A DNA stretch of 64,000 nucleotides from Callorhinchus milii (taxonomy: Eukaryota). Under the pieces are notes generated by a model that saw only the letters and a program-made list of their open reading frames with translations, searched no databases and had not been told where the DNA came from. The translations under genes and the position numbers were made by a program. Of the stretch, positions 49,217 through 61,872 are shown piece after piece; the stretch's first letter is position 1; the number at the start of each line of letters is the position of its first letter. The stretch lies in NCBI RefSeq assembly GCF_018977255.1, contig NW_024704953.1, positions 1 through 64,000 of the forward strand, in the 5' to 3' direction.

Positions 49217-49241
49217 GTTAACTATAATTTTCATACCGCAG

Positions 49242-49543
49242 GTTCGAGTCATACAGTTTCTCAGTCACCGCCGGAACAAGCGGCTTTCACTGGTGAGAGG
49301 ATAAATTTACATTGCCAATATTCAGGATTCTGTGGACAGGATTTCAGCGTCTCCTGGTACCGTCAGTCCCCTGGCGAGGAACTGAAATACCTGCTCCACA
49401 GAAAACCCTCAGGAGAGGGAGGAAACCCCACTGGAGGTCATATTTCTGCTTCTCTTGACACTGCCAAGAAAATCAGCGTTTTAACCATCGCCGGCCTGCG
49501 GCTGACAGACTCCGCTATGTATCACTGTGCACTCAGTCTGCAC
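49242..49543 (+). CDS. TRDV: Leaderless supporting TCR-delta V, cassette C (open)
   Basis: Acceptor ccgcag, then GSSHTVSQSPPEQAAFTGERINLHCQYSGFCGQDFSVSWYRQSPGEELKYLLHRKPSG…DSAMYHCALSLH. RSS CACAGTG-23-ACAATAACC. Confidence 0.92.
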
Positions 49544-50652
49544 CACAGTGATACACATCATAGGAAGCCTCGTACAATAACCCTCATCACAGCCAAAGCT
49601 GGGAAACAACACAATAGTGTTAGCGACAGAGAGTGTAACAAACCTTCTGCCAAATGCCACCGTAGCTCACATCTTGTTGAGATTTGTCAAGTCAGCTAAA
49701 ATATGAGATACTTTTCTAACTGTATAGTTGAGATGTTCTTCACCAACAGAGAGAAGATTGTGATAAATGTTTTCGGAAGTTTCGCATGTTAATAATAACA
49801 GCAATAAAAAGAAAATAACAAATAAAATAATCTTTCCATTTGACTTTTTGTCGCAGCGCGTCATTGAGACTTCTCAAAGCGCTTCTCAGATTATTCTTTA
49901 AATTGAATTGACTGTATATTTTGCAGTAAAAATGCCTAATCCAATTTTGTGTTTGTTGCAGCGGGCACTTAAAATGCTGTAACATAAGTTTTCACACTGA
50001 GTTGTTTTAAATTGATATTACAATGTCAGTGGAGAACTGTTCCTTAATCATTAGTGAGAGGACATGGGTTCGAATCCCAGGCAGTGCGAAAGGTTGGTCA
50101 AGTTTCCTTACTCCATACTCGCGCCTGTGTTTTTCTTGCAGTACGTGGGAACGCGTTTGTTGGTCGACTGTCAATTATTTTCTGGGGTAATGACCGGTGC
50201 AAAAATAATTGGCAAATAATAATTTTGTTGTGCGCTAAAGATGAAAATGTACAATCACTCCATCAAATGCAATCATTGCTATTATGTTACTTGCAGTAGA
50301 TGAAGTCAAGATAATCAATGGGTATTATTTGACCTACGTTGGAGCACAAGGCTGAATTTTTGACAACCCAGCATAGAAAATAAATCCTGGAGATGAAGGA
50401 ACATCAGTCCTTATATGTTTGTCGGTATAGAGTATAACTTAAAGCTCTTCACATATTTTGATTGCCAATTTGAGTTGCTATGTGCTTTGTGGGATAACAG
50501 TGCAGCACATTTGCGCTGTTAATTCCTTTGCGATGTTACATTCACTTTTATTCTGCATGATGTTAAGTCTTTCTCCCTAACCCTTAAAACAATAAGTGGA
50601 TTTAGCTCCGGGCTTTGTATGACACTGATAAACATGTTTTCTCTGGCTATAG

Positions 50653-50868
50653 GGACAGGAGATTGAGTCAGTGTTGAACCATCAGAGGTGGAAATGTCTG
50701 TTACTGAAGTACAGACTGTAACCCTGAGCTGCACCTTCTCTGCTGATTGCACCAATGTTTTAATATTCTGGTACCGTCAGTATCCAAGCGAACCTCCTCT
50801 GTACACAAGGAGACATGATTCTGAGNNNNNNNNNNNNNNNNNNNNNNNNNAACGCTCATCACACAGTG
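50653..50868 (+). pseudogene. TCR V pseudogene downstream of supporting V C (interrupted by N gap)
   Basis: GTGD*VSVEPSEVEMSVTEVQTVTLSCTFSADCTNVLIFWYRQYPSEPPLY; in-frame TGA near the start; gap at 50826-50850. Confidence 0.7.
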
Positions 50869-52834
50869 ATCCCTCTCTGAGAAGTAAAGAGTGACTATGG
50901 CAACTGATATCCGATAACATCTCATCCGGCTGAGTGTTTCCTGCTTGAAATCAACTGTGTTTGCATGTGAGTGTGAGAGAGAAAGAGACCGGGGTGGGGG
51001 GTGGGGGTATTTATCCATATCCATTTTTATTAATACTAACGTTATGAGGAGAACATAAATTTCCCTTGCGTTGTGTGCTATAACTGCAGGCATCGCAAAC
51101 ACTGGAGATCAAATCATTGTGAAATTTAAACCTCAGAGGCCCAATTTCCCTGACATCTGAGTTGTGTCCACAGCCGACATATCTGTCCGCCAGAACCACC
51201 TCATGTTAGCAAATGTTACAATCATTTGATCATACATATTCCAAATGACTTTATTCTGAGCTACAAATTACAAAAGTTCTGTGGTGCCTTTTTTGCTTTG
51301 AAAGAGTTACCATTGGAACTGCTGTCAGATTACATCTGAGCTGCTGCTTGTTTTCTGCTTGAGACAAGTGTGTGTGTTTGTGTGTGTGTGCGAGAGAGAC
51401 ATACAGAGAAAAAAAAGTGGGACTGACTGCAAAAGCTAAAGCGACAGATTATCAAGAGAGTTAACATAAATTTATGTTGTTTGGCACAGGCTGCGCCCTG
51501 CAGTTTTTGGTGCTTTGCTGAAGGTTCTGGATGTGGAGCTTGAAATAAATTCCGTCCTTAATAATGTATAATAATAATAATAATAATAATGCTTGTGTGT
51601 GAGAGAGAGAAAGAGACGGGCGATGGCGGGTTGGGGGGATATCATTTTTGGTGGATGGGCGTGAAGGAGTAGGAGTTTGCGGGACGAGGACCGCTGGAGC
51701 GGAAGCTGCAGAGGCAGATCATACAAAGAGATAAAAATTATTTTTATCGACACGGGCTACACCATAGAATTTCTGGTGCTTTGCAGCTGGACCTGGATGC
51801 GTGGTTGAAGTAAACAGCGGCCAAATTAACACGATATATCGAGTTATCTAAATCCACTATTATTACAACTTGAAAGATGTCAAATAACGCAAATAATGTA
51901 GCAGCAAAGAACAAAATACGTAGCGCAAATAGAACATATACGAGAGTTGCTGTGCTGTAATTACAGGCCTCTGAAACACAGTAGGTCAAAGCTCTGTGAG
52001 ATTTAAAATTCAGGCGACAATGTGCTCACATGTGTTTCGGGTTCACACCCCACATGTCTATCCACCAGAGCTAACTCATCGTAACAAATAATTGATCACA
52101 CATATTAGGCCTTTTCTACCGGTCAGTGACGAATTAACACAAATTCAAATGGTTATAATATTTACTTAATTTGGTTTAACATTGTTCTCACATGGCCCTC
52201 GATACTTGTTACAGTTAAATTGACTTTTTTATTTGTAATTTTCACTCCTTATTCTGGGATGCATTAATATTTAACAGGAACTGCACGAAAAACATATTGT
52301 AAGCAGTGATGCTCACCCCCATATCATTGTACACATCACCCTGATCGTTGTTAAAGGATTTACACTATTCGCCAAAATATGTCTTGCCTTCATTTGTCCG
52401 TACAGACAATAAGTTGAATTCGTACTCCAAGTGAAGGTCAATGGTCTCTGAATAGCAATCAACATCTCTGTTAAATAGGATTTGTCCAGTATTATCTTAA
52501 TATTCCTTGGATTTGATACAGTGCATTATCAAATCCTAGGGACTTCACAATGTGCTTCACAGAATATATAGTAAAATAATGTAGAATATACTGTAACTAT
52601 TTAGAAAATTTTGGTAAATAAAGCAACATGTTTCTATTGTTGTGCTTTACCTCTCCAGAACTTTCTGTTGGTTCGAGTAATAAAGGGTTAACTTAAGAGA
52701 TCCCCAGGCCTGATTTCTTGTCGGCTTTTGACAACATTACAATCAGATAAGAAAGCCATTCTCCACTCTGCAGTCCCTCGGGTGGCCACAGGGGAGCAGA
52801 TATTTCCGCACTTCAATATGACAGATCAGCTGGT

Positions 52835-53155
52835 AATAATAATAATAATCCTTGCATTTGATATAGCGCTTTTCACGTCGGGAGGACGTCCCAAAGCGCT
52901 TCACAGAACACACTGCAAAGTGAATTGACTGTATATTTGTGGGCGAACGCGGCAGCCAATTACGCACAGCAATGTTCCACAAACAGTCGTGGATTGAAAA
53001 TGACCAATTTATTATTGTTTTTGGTTTTGGAGGGATTATTATTAGGCTCAGTGTGGAGTAAGGAAACTTGCCCAAGGTTTCGCCCTCTGCCTGGAATTGA
53101 ACTCAGGTCTCTCGCTCGCAAAGCGAGTGCTCTAACCACTGAGCTGCACTGCTAA
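52835..53155 (-). mobile_element. Full-length tRNA-derived SINE
   Basis: tRNA-like head, family body, and a 3' tail gcgctttgggacgtcctcccgacgtgaaaagcgctatatcaaatgcaagg(att)n. Confidence 0.85.
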
Positions 53156-53159
53156 ACTG

Positions 53160-53250
53160 CAAGGAAGGAAACTGGCAGATAATTTACGTGCAAATTAATT
53201 TAACCGATGTGAAATCTAAAGTAATTTTCGCTTCGTCTAGGTGAACCAGT
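53160..53250 (-). pseudogene. Fragment paralogous to the 3' part of the 58 kb V pseudogene
   Basis: Aligns with 57990-58070; the flank at 52.6-52.8 kb aligns with 57.77-57.96 kb. Confidence 0.4.
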
Positions 53251-54968
53251 CCAGATTATTAAATCAGAAATTTTGAGGAACAGCGCTTAAGTTTGTAGAT
53301 TTAATAGTTTTAACAAAATAAGATATTTTTACTTTTGTCAGAAAGGTATTACAAACTTTGACGGAACCAATCCACTATCTTAAAACAATTCAAGTCAAAA
53401 CACTAAAATCCAAAACAAAAACAAATAACATTATACAGAGATGTGAGTTATGACGTTATATGCCCAAAATGAAACCATGGCTGAGACAAATTCTTCTTTC
53501 CTGATCCGAGAGCAATCCGTAAATATCTGGAACAGGAACATAAAAAGACTGCGGCGGAAATGGTTGGAGAATGGGATGAAACCGATTGCAACCATTATTG
53601 AAGAAAGTCTTTCATCCAAGCACGGTGGTCCATAACTCAAATGGGTTGATCATAGCCACCGGGTGATCAAAGCCTCCATCATATACCAGGCGATCATTGC
53701 CACCATTTAGTGGATGATCATAGCCCCCTCCATGCATTGAAATGCCTCTGCGGTTTTAGCCCAGACCGACCTGCCCAAACTCCTTACACCCTATGAACTG
53801 ATCCGATTCTTCCCTTCGCCTTCTCAATGTCCCCGGCCCTGCACTGCCCATCACGCCATTGGGCCTTCAGACTATCTGCCCCCACTCTCTGGTATCACAT
53901 CCCAGAGACCATTTGCCTCCCCACTCTGCAAGTGACCTTTGTAAAATGATTTACACTCATCGACAAAAATAGTTTGCCTTCATTTGTTCATATCAGCAAT
54001 AAGTTCCATTCAAATTTAAAGTGAATATCTGTATTAATTGATACGTTCATCCCGGCTCTGTAATTGACGCTCTTTTACGCCTCTGATTTAAAATATTTTG
54101 GGTTGAAGTGCAAACACAATGTTGGAAATGGTCAAATGCCATAATGTCCGAATGGCTTATCATGGTGTATATGTACGACTGGAAACTGTTATTCCCTCGA
54201 CGGTCACCCAGCTGCAGAGATGGGGAAGAGCTGCTTTGTCAGAATTTCTGAGTTCCGAACATATGCTTATCTGAGATGCCCTCTGAGCATATGTTGTGTG
54301 ATGTTAATAATAATAGTAATCCTGGCATTTGATATAGCGTCTTTCACATCTTCTAGACATCTGAAAGCGCTTCACGGAATACACTGTGAGTTGACTGCAT
54401 ATTTCTGGATGAAACGTGTATCGTTATTCTAAGGTACGGTTCCAAAGTTAAGGGAGTTTAACCTTCCTTTTTCCAATACCCCACCATATATATTACTCTC
54501 TCCACTGCTGTGTGTGGTACATTGCTGCACAAAACATGATTGGAAAAAGAACACTTTACATTATATCCCGTCCAGCACTCCGAGACACTCTGTGCTGATA
54601 TTGTGACCATCTTAAATGATGAAAAAGGCTATTCAATGCAGAAAGAAATACAATCCCCAGCACTGCTGCCTTGACGGCTTTTGAGAACATAACAATCAGA
54701 TAAGGAAGCTATTCTGCAACCTGCAATATCTCGGTTGACCAAAGAAGGGTTCAATTCCAGGCTTCTGTATAAAAGGCCTGACCTCTTACAGAAGCTCTAT
54801 CTCTATCACTATTTTGTTTCAGGTTCCAGCATCTGCAGGTATTGTGTTTGGTTCTCGTCTCTGTATAACTTGCCTGGTGCATGTGTAAAAGGCCTAGTCT
54901 CTGATAGTAGGCCTGGTCTCTGTATAATAATCCTGGTTGCTGTAAAAAAGGTCTGTTCTCTGCATAGT

Positions 54969-55287
54969 GGAGTCCTGTAGCTCAGTGGTTAGAGCACTCG
55001 CTTTGCAAGCGAGAGACCTGAGTTCAATTCCAGGCAGATGGCGAAACCTTGGGCAAGTTTCCTTACTCCACACAGAGCCTAATAACAATCCCTCCAAAAC
55101 CCAAAACAATAATAAATTGGTCATTTTCCATCGACGACTGTTTGTGTGACATTGCTGTGCGCAATTGGCTGCCGCATTCGCCCACAAATATGCAGTCAAT
55201 TCACTTTACAGTGTGTTGTGTGAAGCGCTTTGGGACGGCCTCCCAATGTGAAAAGCACTGTATCAAATGCAGTGATTATTATTATTG
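54969..55287 (+). mobile_element. Full-length tRNA-derived SINE
   Basis: ggagtcctgtagctcagtggttagagc…gagttcaattcc head, family body and (TAT)n tail. Confidence 0.85.
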
Positions 55288-55669
55288 TTAGAAGCAGCAG
55301 CTCTCTGCTCCACTTTCAAGATTCTGTCCTATCCTAGTTTAAATCTTACTTATTCTAGCATTACTTTTTAGGCATTTGAAATGGCTCCTTCTGCTGTTTC
55401 CAAACATACATGAGTGTAGCTCTTCAGAAATTCATCCGAGGCCCTTTCCTCTTCACTATCTAAAATTTCCCACAGATCAATATATTTCACAGACATGAGG
55501 TGCACCTCCACAATACTAATGACAAACAACTGCCTTCGTCAGCTCCACCGTTGAACTCCAACTGCTGTTCTGACTGAATGATTGTCAGCAATTAACCATA
55601 TCTGACAGTTTGTTCACATGAATATTTACCAAAAAGAGATTGCTATTGTACAATTGGTTTTGGTTATGC

Positions 55670-56700
55670 CTGAAATAGGTCTGGTGTCCGTGTACAAAAT
55701 CAGAGAGACCTCTCTGTATATCAGGTCTGTGCTCATTATAACATATCCGGTATCTGTATAACAGGCCTGATCTCTTACAGAGCTCTCTCTGTTTCTGTTT
55801 CAGGTTCCGGCATCTGCAATTATTGTGTTTGGTTCTGTTCTCTGTATAACTTGCCTGGTGCATGTGTAAAAGGCCTAGTCTCTGATAGTAGGCCTGGTCA
55901 CTGTATAATAAGCCTGGTTGCTGTAAAAAAAACTCTGTTCGCTGCATAACAAACCTGGTCAGTTTTTTAAAGGCCAGGTCACTTTTTAGAAGGCCTGGTA
56001 TCTGTGTAACAGACCTCGTTTCTGATAACAGGCCTGGTCACTGTTTAGCAGGCCTCGTCTCTGTATAAGAGGCATGTTTCAGTATAATAGGCCTGGCTTC
56101 TGTATAACAGGCTTGTTCTCTGCATTACAGGCCTGGTCACTCTATAACAGTCCGATTATCTACACAACAGGCCTGACCTCAGCATAACGAATCTGGTCTT
56201 TGTATCAATTTTCCCGTCCCTGTAAAACAGGCCTCTTCCATATATAACTTGCCTAGACTCTGCATCACATGTCGACTCAATGACTAACAGGCCTGCTTTC
56301 TGCATACCAGGCATGGTTAATCTATAACAGGCCTGGTCATCTATATAACATGCCTAGTCTCTGCATCACAGGTCTGGTCTATGTATAACAGGCCTGGTCT
56401 CTGCAAAGCATCTCTGGACTCTGTATAACAGACTTGGTCTCTGTATAACAGGCCTAGTCTCTGTATAATATGTCTGGTCTCTGCAGAGCAGGTTATCTGT
56501 AAATCAAGCTTGGTTTGTGTTTATCGGACCTGTTTGTGTGTAGAAGGCCGGGTCTCTTATAAGAGGCAATCTCTCTGTATTACAGGGCCTGGTTCTGTAG
56601 AACAGGCCTGGTCTCTGTATCATAGGCGTTGTCTATATATAACAGGCCTGATCTATATACAACAAGCTTGGTCTCTTTATAACAGGCCTGCTCTAGCTAT
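55670..56700. repeat. Degenerate 20-bp minisatellite (consensus ~CTCTGTATAACAGGCCTGGT); partial duplicate at ~54760-54960
   Basis: Consecutive 20-mers read directly, e.g. 56419-56478. Confidence 0.9.
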
Positions 56701-57979
56701 TCTAATAATAATTATTGCGTTTGATTCAGTGCATTATCACGTTTTAGGGGACATCTCATAGTGCTTCACAGAATATACTTTAAAATGAATTGATTGCATA
56801 TTGTTTTGGGTAAATGTGGCAACAAATTTCAGAGAGCATCGTCCCACAAACATTTGCTGATTGAGTGACCACATTATTAATTTTTACAAGAACATTTCTT
56901 GAAGGTATAAATAGCCCTAAACATGAGAAAAACTCAGAAACGTTTTCACAAACACATGTATAAATTTGATACTCATGTAGAGTTAATCAGTCATAAAAAT
57001 GGATTATCGGGTTCCTGTTTGTATACAGAATCATAGACTTACTGAAATTAATGCAGATCAATAGTCTTACAAATTACCAACAACCAAAACATTCAATAGT
57101 TTCATGCTTCCAGTAGATACACTGACACAGTCATTCGCAAATCCAACTGACTTTGTGTATTATTAACTGATGGGATCTGTGTAAAGGAAATCATGAATCC
57201 AAGAAAAATCCTGGACGTGATGGATAACAGACATTTCCAAAGGGCAGGGTGTCCCAGTCTTACTCAGTGGAATCAATCTAACCTCTGGGTCAGCAGTTTG
57301 TTCGTTCAAGCCCATATTGGGACATGGAATCACATTGCCTTAACTAGATTTCTAATGCAGTGATGGGGCTGTGTTACATCATTGGAGGTGCGGACCTTTG
57401 CATGAAACGTTCAACTCAGATCTGGCTGACTGTTCAGATGGAAGTTAAATGTCCCATGGCACTTAACTATTCCCAATGTGAAGCATCATCCCAGAAATTT
57501 CTGAATCAAAAACGAGAGTGCTACTGAGCTCCTGAGACAGACTGACACACAATCACTTTATTCCCTTTCAGTACTACTCTTGCGTCAATCAGTAAGCAAT
57601 TTTTTCAAAGCTGATAATAGATATTCCATTGTTTATCCATAGTTATGTACTCAACAGGAATATCTGAAGTATATTTCTTGTCAATGGGACTATTCTGATT
57701 AATTATGCATCGAGAAATCATTGTTGAATGAAATGCATATTTGAAAAAATGTGCAAAATAAAGCGAAATGTTCCACTATTGTGCCTTATCTGTCCAGAAC
57801 TTTGTGTTGCTTTGAGTAATAAAAAGTTAACATTTGAGTTTCCCAGCCCTGCTGTCATGTCGGGTTTAGAGAACATTACGATCAGATAAGGAAGCCATTC
57901 TCCATAAGGAAGTCTGCAATATCTCTGTTGTCCACAGGTGGAGCAGATCTTTTTGTCTTTGAAAGTGAAAGATCAGCTG

Positions 57980-58770
57980 TTGAGATGCAAGAGAGGAAAT
58001 TGTCAGATGCTGTTTGTGCAAATGAATTTAATTGATGTGAAATCGGAAATTTTCAATTCGTTCATTCGAATCAAACGAGATTGACCGAAATCGGCTTCAG
58101 GGTTGGAGTAACCTCTACAGCTTTGCTCAGTCGGTACCAGAAGAATCAACAGCCACACAGCGATGTTAATTAGGTACTGTACAAAGCCACTTGTCCCCCT
58201 TCTGACTTGGTCACTGAAGGCACCGTATGGGTAATACAATCTCCACTGGTCAGGCCGGAAAAAAAAGTTTTAAATAAAAAACCGATTTAATCAATAATTA
58301 ATACTGACATTTTATACATCGCCTTACGAAGTCTTCCAGACATCCCATAGAGCTTCACAGAATACACTGTAAAGTGAGTTGAATACATTTTGCATTCGAA
58401 ACGCTGCAGCCAATTGCGCAAACCAGTGGCTCACAAACAAGTCATGGATTAAGTGATCAGTTTATCATGAATTGTTTTTGAAGGCATTTTTGCACCCGAA
58501 ATGCGATCCGCCTTTTTATTCGATAGACTAACAATCAGATTCCTGTATGTTGTGGGTTGATTGAGGAAACTTGCCCAATATTTTGGCCTACAGGTAGTCA
58601 ACTTGGGTCTCTCGCTTGCGGGGTGTGCGCTCTGAACACTGAGCTACATGACTCCACTGATAAAAGCTATGCAATCAATGTTGAACATTGACCGAAACTT
58701 TGGCGATTGGCCTTATTTGATTAACTATCATTAAATTAGCGAGGGCCAACAGGATCTTAATTCCTCCCAT
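57980..58770 (-). pseudogene. TCR V pseudogene (family of the 22 kb and 59.7 kb Vs)
   Basis: Exon from ~58255 GLTSGDCITHTVPSVTKSEGGQVAL…*…FFWYR, with stops and a lost AG acceptor. The leader-like MGGIKILLALANLMI (58770-58725) lacks a good donor. Confidence 0.7.
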
Positions 58771-59720
58771 CGTCTCAGTTCTATCTGCAGATGCCCATGG
58801 ATTACCTGTGAGGTATTTGAGGTGATTAGCTCCAGCCCAGGCAGTGGTAACGTGTGCTTTCATTTATGTCGTTCAAAAGGTAAAGTGCGAAACGTGGATG
58901 TGTTGAGAAACACATTCCAATTTCCAATGAATTATTTGTGTTTGACTGGAAAAAGAGAACCACAGGATCGTGAATTATAACAGAAGAGAAGGAGGCCATT
59001 CGTCCCATCGTTTCTGATCTATGCCATCAAAGATTTTGTTGCTTAACAATTCCTTCAAATAAAAATAAAAATAATAATTGGTCACTTAATCTGTGCTTTT
59101 TTGTGGGACCATGCTGTGCGTATTTGGCTGTCGAAATTCGCCCGGAAAATATCCAGTCGATTCGCTTAACTGTGTATTCTGTGAAGCACTTTGAGACACC
59201 TCGAATTCGTGATCAGGTTCTATATGAAATGCAAGAATTACGTAACTATTAAATTTATTGAATCCTCTTACTATTTTAGACTTGTCGTTTAGATCTGACC
59301 CGTGAAGATAAGTTGAAAGAGCTAAGCAATCATTCCCACTGCTCCACTCTTTCTCAATAGCCCTGTATTTAGTTGTTTTTTTCCTGAGTGAGTACCCGTC
59401 CATTTCCCTTTGAAAAGCTGTTATGGAATCTGGTTCCACCAACTTTTCAGAGGGAGAATTCAAAATCGTAAAATATCTCTGGTTTAAAGATTGTCTCCTT
59501 GTGTACCATCTGGTCCTGTGGCCAATTACCTTCAATCTGCACAGCAAGTGCTGTACTTGTAGCGACAGACAATTATGTGAACCTTCAGTAGACAGATTGA
59601 CTTGTTTTGAACGTGGTTCCTGTGAGACAGACTTCCTGGAAACAGATTGCTCGCCTCAGCACCACCTCACAAATCCAGGAGAGTTTTTGTACGAGGCTGT
59701 GACTGGTTCCCATCCCTGTG

Positions 59721-60537
59721 GGGCTGAACACACAGTAATACACAGCGGCGTCAGACAGCTGTAACTGGGAGATGGTTAATTTGCTGGATTTTCTCGAGGT
59801 CTGCAGCTCATCCGAGAAACGAGATTTAGCAAAATTTTCTTTATGTTCAGAAGTATTTGTACACCTCTGTAGGATATACTCGGGTTGTGCCACTGAGAGA
59901 TGTCGGTACCAGTATAAGCAATAGACGCTCAGTGATGTATGATAAATGCTGTCCAAAGTCACTTGTCCTCCTTCTGCCACAGTCACTGAAGATTGCGACT
60001 GAGCAACAGAATCTCCCCGAATCAGAGCTGAAACACAAGCGAAATATAAAAATAAAAAGGAACGGATTTTTAAACAAATCCTTGCATTTGGTATAGCGCC
60101 TTCTTATGTCTTATCGACGTTTCACAACACTTCGCAGAATATACTGTGAATTGAGTTGAAGCTATATATTGTTAAAAAAGCCTGACAGCCAATTGCGCAA
60201 AGTAATGTCCCACAAACAGCATAGATTAAATGACTAATTTATTATTTTTTTCTTGGAAGAATTATTCCACCTGATCAAACGATCCACCAATTGGCTGACA
60301 AACGGTTCGTATAATTTCCGAGTGGGGTAATTCAAGAAGCCCAAGGTTTCGTCCTGAGGGGAACCGAACTCTGTTCTCTCGCTTGCGAGGTGAGCGCTCT
60401 ATATGCTGAGGTACAATACTCCACCAATAAAAGCCATGCAATCAATTTTGAACATTGGCTTAAAGTTTAAGTATTTGCCTTAATTGATCACCTGGTAGAA
60501 AAACAGCCAGAATCACCCACATCACAATTCCCCCCAT
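59721..60537 (-). CDS. TCR V, open frame but first canonical Cys replaced by Ser
   Basis: Leader 60537-60492 MGGIVMWVILAVFLP+G/GTGATC. V exon 60027-59721 ALIRGDSVAQSQSSVTVAEGGQVTLDSIYHTSLSVYCLYWYRH…QRCT…DAAVYYCVFSP. RSS CACAGGG-23-ACAAAAACT. Confidence 0.8.
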
Positions 60538-61583
60538 CGTCTGAACTCTATCTGCAGATGCCCATTGATTACTTGTAGGATATTTGAGACGATTGGCTCC
60601 AGCCCCAGCAGTCACTACGTGTGCTGTCGCCCAATTGGTAAAGTGGAGAAGGTCCTCGTGATCAGCAACAATTTGCAACCAATTATTCTTTTATGACTCA
60701 AACCATGGAAAAATAAGATCGTGGATCATAGCTGAACAGAAGGACGATATTCGCTGCATTGTGACTGTTTCTCCTCTACTAAAGATATGAACACTCAGTT
60801 CCACGCCCCAAACTTTCCCCCTCGTCTTGCAATTTTATTTTGAGTTGTAAGTTGCAGTCCAATTCCCTTTTGACAGCTACTATCGAATCTGTTGCCACCA
60901 CAATATCAGGATGTACATTCTAAACTGTAACAAGTCTACTGATTAAATAAATGGCTGTCAGTCTCCCCTCAGGTTCTTTTGCCAATTAATTTCAATCTGC
61001 GAAATCAACTCAGAAGCTGTAAAAGTTGCATATTGAAAAGAAATGTGATTTATGATATTTATAAAGAAATAGGAATGAAATTCAATAAACGATTAAATTA
61101 CGTTTCACACNAAAAAAATTGCCACAACAACATATATCACTGATGTGTGCACAGCTAACCTTCACTGAGAAAAATGGGCCGAAATCTGTTGCCAAAGAGG
61201 CAAAGACATTATGAAAGAGGGATGTCTCAAAGCATTAGACGTGGTATGACGTGAAATTTAGTGACTATATCTATTAGTCAATTGCCAGGCAATTCACTTT
61301 ATAGTTTGTTCTGTGAAGCGCTTTGGGACGTCTCGGAGACGTGATAAAGCGTTGCATTAAGTGTAAGGATTAATAATATTTGTTTTACTCTTTCAATACA
61401 TGAACCACTCTATCACGTTTTGCTTGTGGTTGTTCACGCGTTTCCTCTGAGAAACACAGCAGCAAAGTCACAACTTGTTAAATAGGTCAAATGTCAGGAA
61501 TAATATCTTTGCTGAGATTTAACCCTTTCTCTCATCTTTGGAGGTTTAGGTACTGTGGTGTAATATGACAGTAATACTCTGTG

Positions 61584-61872
61584 TGTGATGGCACATAATG
61601 TTTGGTGTCAGATAGAGCTGCGGGGCACACAGTTACAGTGGATCTCTTCCTTCTCATGTACAGATTTGGCGTTAAACCTTGTGTTGTAAATTCAGTACGG
61701 AAAGTGCCCCATCTTAATTATGTCTCGCTGCGTGCAGAGGAAGGTCCCCTGGATACCGACTCTACTAGAACATTAAAAATATTCATGAAATCAGCAGAGT
61801 ATGTGCAGCTCTGGCCTTCAGTTGCAGACACTTCCATCAGTGATGGTTCAACCCTGCCTCCATTCGCTGACC
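61584..61872 (-). pseudogene. TCR V pseudogene downstream of supporting V D
   Basis: GSANGGRVEPSLMEVSATEGQSCTYS… with deletion and frameshifts; degenerate RSS. Paralog of the 10.6, 40.9 and 50.7 kb copies. Confidence 0.7.

Noticed and set aside
49058-49699. Single 213-aa ORF as an unspliced gene with its own N-terminus
   Set aside because: The N-terminal part is CR1 sequence with no signal peptide and the C-terminal part runs through the RSS; only 49242-49543 is the exon.
50862-50900. Functional RSS after the N gap (CACAGTG at 50862)
   Set aside because: No recognisable nonamer at 12 or 23 nt, and continuity across the gap is unknown.
54969-55045. tRNA genes (many gtagctcagtggttagagc…ggttcga motifs)
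   Set aside because: Each continues into the same SINE body and LINE-like tail and lacks a clean cloverleaf; these are SINE heads.
55670-56700. CRISPR-like array
   Set aside because: Degenerate head-to-tail 20-mers without unique spacers, no cas genes, vertebrate context: a minisatellite.
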